From NCBI GenBank assembly GCA_031426555.1, contig JANPLN010000062.1, forward strand, positions 1 through 64,000: a stretch of DNA of 64,000 nt. Reading direction: 5' to 3'. The notes below the pieces were generated by a model. The model was not told the DNA's origin. It did no database searches and was given only the letters and a program-made list of their open reading frames with translations. Shown piece by piece: positions 60,301-64,000 of this stretch (the stretch's first letter is position 1; each line of letters opens with the position of its first letter). Source of the DNA: Bdellovibrionales bacterium. GTDB lineage: Bacteria; Bdellovibrionota; Bdellovibrionia; Bdellovibrionales; JAGQZY01. The translations under genes and the position numbers were made by a program.

Positions 60301-60362
60301 AAGTTAACAACGAAATGTATAAAAAGCTATTCCCGCAAAGCCAAGAGGAGATAGCTGCATGA
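57309..60362 (+). CDS. Peptidase-containing ABC transporter (two cNMP-like domains, C39 peptidase, TMD, NBD)
   Basis: QADLMDCGPAC, HYLVV, GDP catalytic set; GPSGSGKS, LSGGE, LDEATS; N-terminal YAAGEVIAHEGE. Confidence 0.93.
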   Translation: MHEKINFIKSHMPDLYDFSILQILYTPDEFDDALNRFDVRSYAAGEVIAHEGETPDGLLIPLTGKIEIFSKSFEELETSGMVVPFRSVNTYVALRQRPLNYSIRFESEGELLVVPYDELQKKLREKPEAARYLTHVTENIEIRSIAKSLESLGCSVDFKVALVASFEFHSYEPQEWILESNKTVKRAFYFFEGQIITQQKLNKSGRLSQWPIPCRRWCLWSEAMEGAAVQGVYKATSRTTGVSISTESLLLLKTKLPDDFKKLEKTLTEGSIADISSSEIQQDFDVEQFISQSTTNRTPRFKSWPWVAQADLMDCGPACMAMVSQYFGKNTPLQFWRNILATNRSGTSLFDLAFVSEKNGYISSALGVERIEELDPKLLPFIVVRRDHYLVVYEIKKDKIVVGDPVAGIVKLDFEEFYDGFEQAVLVLKPNEEFAALPARKYKYSHYFTLLLDFKVELSLSFMISLMMIILGLGTPLLTQIFLDDVLVRRDLNMMWLASAGGLLLAIINSFMSWSKTYYQNYLATKLDYKLSSIFLKKIVSLPYSYFVDRHVGDVITRFQELQKLKDFLLHSSESIVLSFFSLLIYGTILSLYSPTIAMTVVGSMPLFAFISWMTGRKLTVISQEIFTKNSEVASSLNDTFKGIAVIKSLGGELATRWRYQEKLVQLLKSERDFEISAKSFDVIVNFYVEVVNYIVLGLSVFLAIKGELSPGQAIAITLLANRVFGPLLHIADQFGEIQQVFSVFDRLNDVFFTQSENSKKRGHVKKEKLLGEIEFRDVWFRYGGEGADWVLNGLNFKIEAGTKLAIVGPSGSGKSTVVGLLTRMYEPTRGQIFVDGRDYLDYDVNWLREKIGVLYQESQLFSGSISENIAFSEPEINQNKVVMVCQQANASHFIESKPMGYNYRLSHGGLGLSGGEKQRVALARTFYKQPDVLVLDEATSALDGEAESELLLTLKTSTSSRTVINIAHRYSTVLSSDLVFVLAKGRLVGFGSHAELQVNNEMYKKLFPQSQEEIAA

Positions 60363-61582
60363 GTGATCAAAACCGCGATGACGAAGTTACACAGCATTTA
60401 AGTTGGGGGGCCATAACTTTTATCGAGCGCCCTTCATCGAAGGTGCTGGCTTTTGCGCTTTTTTCCTTGGTGTTAGGTGCGGTCATTTTTTTAGCACTGT
60501 CCACAATTTTTAAAATTGACATCTCGGTCAAGGTTAGTGGACAAATCAACTCCATTTATGGGATTAAAATTGCGCAGGTGAGCAGAGATGGAATTATTGA
60601 ACAGATCCTCGTTGCCAATGGCGATCTTGTTCGAAAAGAGCAAGTTATTGCAAAACTCAAGATCCAGGGAAGTAGCGAGTTAGAGCTTGAATCAGTTAAA
60701 AAGAATATTAAATTTTATCTAGGTCAGATTCAAAGCAAAAAAGTGCCAAATAAAATTGTGGTTCCGTGGCCATCAAAAGTGAGTGATTCGCCTCTGCGTA
60801 GTCAATTTGTAGATTGCGAAAAAAAGCTTTCTAATTATTTATATCTCCGTTCGATTGGGCTGCAAAATGTAAAGGCAGAGACCGAGCCCATAAGTCAGCG
60901 CTTGGAGTTTCTCGATCAACAATTAACTCGAATCAAAAGCTCAAGATACCGAGATGATCTTCTGATGCAAAAGTACACAATTCAGGACGAGGTTGGTCGT
61001 TTAAAAACTCAATTAGCCACCATCGAAAATGGGATGCGTCTCAAACTTCAGGAGGCCGAAATCGAGATTGAGCGTAGTTTAGAAAATACCTTGGCATTTT
61101 TGGAGTTATTTTTAGAGGCCCACTTTATCAAGGCGCCGGTCGACGGAAAGGTGCTTCGCTTTCAGCAGTTTATTGGTTCCAACATCAAAGCTGGCGATGC
61201 ATTTGCAAACCTTGTTGAGGATTCTTCACCCCTCGTTGCTGAGGTGCTGGTGCCATCACGTGATATTTCAAGGGTTAAGGAAAGTGCGAACGTTTGGGTC
61301 TCCATTGATGCCTATCCGCGAAATAAATACGGTTATTTTAAAGGCAAAGTAATTAGCATTGAAAAACTCAAATCAAGCGTTGTTTCAGCAAAAGCAAGCA
61401 CTGACGAAATGGGATATCTGGCCAAGATTTCGATTGATCTCGACGACTATAGACGAAATCCTGCCAGCGCAAAGAAAAAGGTTCAGTTGATTCCCGGAAT
61501 GAAAGTTGACGTCCAAATTGTGTGGAAAAAAACAAGTCTCATGGGACTGTTTAAAAGCAATTTTGTAAGCGAGGACGATTGA
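60359..61582 (+). CDS. HlyD family membrane fusion protein
   Basis: TM; VANGDLV; IKAPVDG; IDAYP...YG; PGM. Confidence 0.92.
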   Translation: MSDQNRDDEVTQHLSWGAITFIERPSSKVLAFALFSLVLGAVIFLALSTIFKIDISVKVSGQINSIYGIKIAQVSRDGIIEQILVANGDLVRKEQVIAKLKIQGSSELELESVKKNIKFYLGQIQSKKVPNKIVVPWPSKVSDSPLRSQFVDCEKKLSNYLYLRSIGLQNVKAETEPISQRLEFLDQQLTRIKSSRYRDDLLMQKYTIQDEVGRLKTQLATIENGMRLKLQEAEIEIERSLENTLAFLELFLEAHFIKAPVDGKVLRFQQFIGSNIKAGDAFANLVEDSSPLVAEVLVPSRDISRVKESANVWVSIDAYPRNKYGYFKGKVISIEKLKSSVVSAKASTDEMGYLAKISIDLDDYRRNPASAKKKVQLIPGMKVDVQIVWKKTSLMGLFKSNFVSEDD

Positions 61583-62817
61583 AGTGCACCGCCGTATTCT
61601 TCATTGCAATGTTTATTGGATGTGTTGCATCGGCGGCGCTCTCCGACTCCGTTAAAAGAATAGCTGATTGTTCACTTGTTAACTCGAAAAAATTCGAAAT
61701 TACAGAAGTTCTTGACTCGCGCATTCGACTCCAACAAACGAAAAATCAGTACCGTCCGCGACTGCAGGGATCGGTGAGTTATGGTGAACAAATTTCCGAA
61801 GGAATCACTTTTGCCTCAAGCACGTATTCACTGGACGTAGCGATGCCTGTGTACAATGGCACTCTCAATGCTGATATGCAACTGGCCTCTAAGTCGATAC
61901 ATGTTTCGGAAGCTAGATTGATTCAAAAGACCTATCAAATGACGCTATCCGCTTTACAGGAGATCTTAGATTTATATCAAAAAGAACAAGAAATGAAAAT
62001 ATTATCCGAAGAAAAAACAAATTATGAAAAACTTGTGAGCACAACACAGGCTTCGAGTCATGTTGGCCTTTCGGACAAAGTAGACTCGCTTCTTGCACAG
62101 CTTGCATACGAAAAGACAGCGTCAAAAATCAAGTTTTTGGAGATCGAAATTGAAAAAACCTTAAAGATATTTGTCCAACGTTACGGTTTTGCAATGACAA
62201 AGTTTAGCGAGAGCGAATTTGCAACCGATGAAGACAGCCGAAACGAGCTACTTACGCCTGAATTAAGACTGATGAATTCCGAGCTGTCGCTGGTTACCTC
62301 TGAGATTCAAAAGGAAAAGTCCTATCTTCTTCCTCAGGTAGATATTTCTGGCGGCGTTTTCTCACAGCTTGGGGTGCTTCCTTATAATGGTTACCGCATA
62401 GGGCTTTCTTTTGATTTTAGTGGACTACTTAGAAGTTCAAAAATAAAGTCATCAGTTGTGTTGAGGAAACAAGCGATTCAGGAACAAAGAGGGAGGATAG
62501 CTTCTATTTTGGGGGAGGAGCGTAAGCTCGATAGTATAGCAGTTGATGCTCTTGAAAAACAAATCAATGCTATGGGAGATGCTATCAAGTTAGCCGAAAG
62601 AGCCACTCAACTTTCTCGTGAAAAGATCAGGCTGGGGCGCTCGCAATTTACTGAGTTTGCCGCAATACAGGATACAGTTCGCGGGCTTCGTATGGAGTTT
62701 TTGAACCTTCAGCAAAAACTGGCTGGAATATTAATTAAACGAGCTACCGAGCGCTATTTTTCGGAGTCTCAGCTTTCGCTTCACAATGCCGCTTGTTCAC
62801 TTCTTATCGCAAATTAG
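61579..62817 (+). CDS. TolC family outer-membrane channel
   Basis: Signal peptide; YRPRL and LLPQVD repeats; helical efflux-protein pattern; operon context. Confidence 0.8.
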   Translation: MKCTAVFFIAMFIGCVASAALSDSVKRIADCSLVNSKKFEITEVLDSRIRLQQTKNQYRPRLQGSVSYGEQISEGITFASSTYSLDVAMPVYNGTLNADMQLASKSIHVSEARLIQKTYQMTLSALQEILDLYQKEQEMKILSEEKTNYEKLVSTTQASSHVGLSDKVDSLLAQLAYEKTASKIKFLEIEIEKTLKIFVQRYGFAMTKFSESEFATDEDSRNELLTPELRLMNSELSLVTSEIQKEKSYLLPQVDISGGVFSQLGVLPYNGYRIGLSFDFSGLLRSSKIKSSVVLRKQAIQEQRGRIASILGEERKLDSIAVDALEKQINAMGDAIKLAERATQLSREKIRLGRSQFTEFAAIQDTVRGLRMEFLNLQQKLAGILIKRATERYFSESQLSLHNAACSLLIAN

Positions 62818-62859
62818 TCGATTCTAGGTGGGATTAGACTGTAGTACAGCTCAAACGCA

Positions 62860-63318
62860 AAAATTCCTCATGCTTACTGTTGGTCTCATGCGCGCAGAGA
62901 ATTTTTTAAACTCGAATCGCACGATCCTTCGGTGATTCCTTTTGGATACGATTGATAAACTTTTTAACATAGAGCAAAGGGCAAAAACGTTTGATTGATT
63001 AAGAATTTCAAGAACCACCGAAAGGGAAGAGACGGTCCAAGAGTTAAAGAAGCTGCTGCGTTCAGATTATGCTCGTTCTCGATTAGAGTCACAGAAGCGT
63101 GAGGCTATTTTATATATAGAGAAACGATGGGTCGGCTTTAAGATACTCTTCGAAGATTTTCGTATTCCGCAAACTGGTGCTGATAACGCAGCCACTCTTT
63201 ATACAATTCTCGTATAATGCAAAAAAAAGATATTGATCCAAGAAGCTATTTACAGCTCGTATTAAGTTGGATCGCTGAAGGCGCAGAAGCAAAAAACATA
63301 CGAACATCTCTCGCGTAG
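62860..63318 (+). pseudogene. IS66-family transposase (TnpC) C-terminal remnant
   Basis: Hand translation across frameshifts and stops: HAYCWSHARREFF...IDKLFNIE...EAILYIEKRW...GADNAATLYTIL.C...IDPRSYL. Confidence 0.8.
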
Positions 63319-63427
63319 GCCAAACCACGAAAGCGCTCCAATTCCAACCCGTGAATTACTCAGGAGATACCATGAAGCGCGCGTATTTAACGCTTTTAAA
63401 ATGCCGAGCAACCTCGGCAAGCATTAA

Positions 63428-63667
63428 TCAAAAGGATCCGTGGCCCATACTGCCATTTTTGTCGACTCCGCAGCGTCCATCTTTTCCTTTTTTGCCCGAA
63501 GAACCGCATCCGTCTTTGTCTTTACTACCGCCGCCGCTTCTGCCACCGCCACCGCCGCTACGACCGCCACCGCCGCTACGACCGCCACTATCACTGCTTT
63601 TTCCGTCGCCTCTACCGCCGCCAATAACTTTTTTTGCCTTCTCTTTTCCCATTTTTTTTAACATCAT
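63428..63667 (-). CDS. Double-glycine-leader, Gly/Ser/Lys-rich precursor peptide (putative PCAT substrate)
   Basis: AAGGAG RBS; leader MMLKKMGKEKAKKVIGG; 62-aa core with 2 Cys. Confidence 0.75.
   Translation of the reverse strand: MMLKKMGKEKAKKVIGGGRGDGKSSDSGGRSGGGGRSGGGGGRSGGGSKDKDGCGSSGKKGKDGRCGVDKNGSMGHGSF
63546..63588. repeat. 18-bp tandem repeat (about 2.4 copies) encoding RSGGGG
   Basis: ccgccaccgccgctacga twice, plus ccgccac. Confidence 0.9.
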
Positions 63668-63839
63668 GTTCTCCTTGGTAAGTTTGACTTATACTTCGGT
63701 CAGTATCCCGATAAACTAAAGGAGACTTACCTCATTTTTTTTAAAATAAATCTGCATTCGTTTTCAAGCAAAAAAAACAATCTCAAAAAAATGCATTTTC
63801 TTGTCATTTTGTATTGTTTCGGAACGCAAGTTTGTCAGT

Positions 63840-64000
63840 TTCATTGACATTGCTGGCATGGCGATGTGCAAAAAGCTTCTGGAAGCTGGACAACCTGTGA
63901 CAGTTTTTAATCGAATGTCGTCTAAAGGTGATCTAACAGGAACTTTGGCTCAGAGATCAAAAACACCCCAAGGCAGGTCGTACAGAATGTGGAGATTTTC
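63840..64000 (+). pseudogene. Degenerate copy of the 5' part of the 44247 oxidoreductase gene
   Basis: gatgtgcaaaaagcttct.gaagctggaca.cctgtgacagtttttaatcgaa...caccccaaggcaggtcg...gaatgtggagatt matches about 44268-44432, with indels. Confidence 0.88.

Noticed and set aside
63428..63667. Microcin B17-like thiazole/oxazole RiPP
   Set aside because: Gly/Ser/Cys-rich, but no YcaO or dehydrogenase genes in the window
63351..63719. Pro-rich (63351..63719 +) and Ala/Thr/Val-rich (63424..63624, 63440..63661) ORFs
   Set aside because: Alternate-frame readings of the Gly-rich gene; only 63428..63667 has a strong RBS together with a GG leader
43200..64000. Integrative island at the ssrA 3' end
   Set aside because: No integrase and no duplicated ssrA 3' end seen within the window

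Overview
Bacterial chromosome segment, most likely from a Bdellovibrionota-type (predatory) organism. This is inferred from the aspS-rpoH-fliA...fliL gene order, the many orphan secreted proteins and a short tmRNA tag. Core content: aspS, rpoH, a sigma54-driven flagellar export/regulation operon (fliLMNOPQR-flhBAFG-fliA plus a divergent MotA-like gene), a SPOR protein, pcrA/uvrD, azlCD, an ABC-F ATPase, a general-stress membrane cluster, a hybrid kinase, ssrA (tmRNA), a LysR/oxidoreductase/DJ-1 block and kup. Four accessory highlights: (1) the interval between rpoH and the flagellar operon is present twice in tandem with different secreted cargo, bounded by a copied rpoH 3' end and a copied terminator region. 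(2) A 161-bp element with perfect 54-bp inverted arms. (3) A VTC-DUF4956 operon with a membrane-anchored CYTH enzyme and a divergent arylsulfotransferase-like lipoprotein. (4) An IS-flanked cNMP-C39 PCAT/HlyD/TolC exporter with a Gly-rich double-glycine precursor peptide. All calls are by eye from motifs; no database searches were run.
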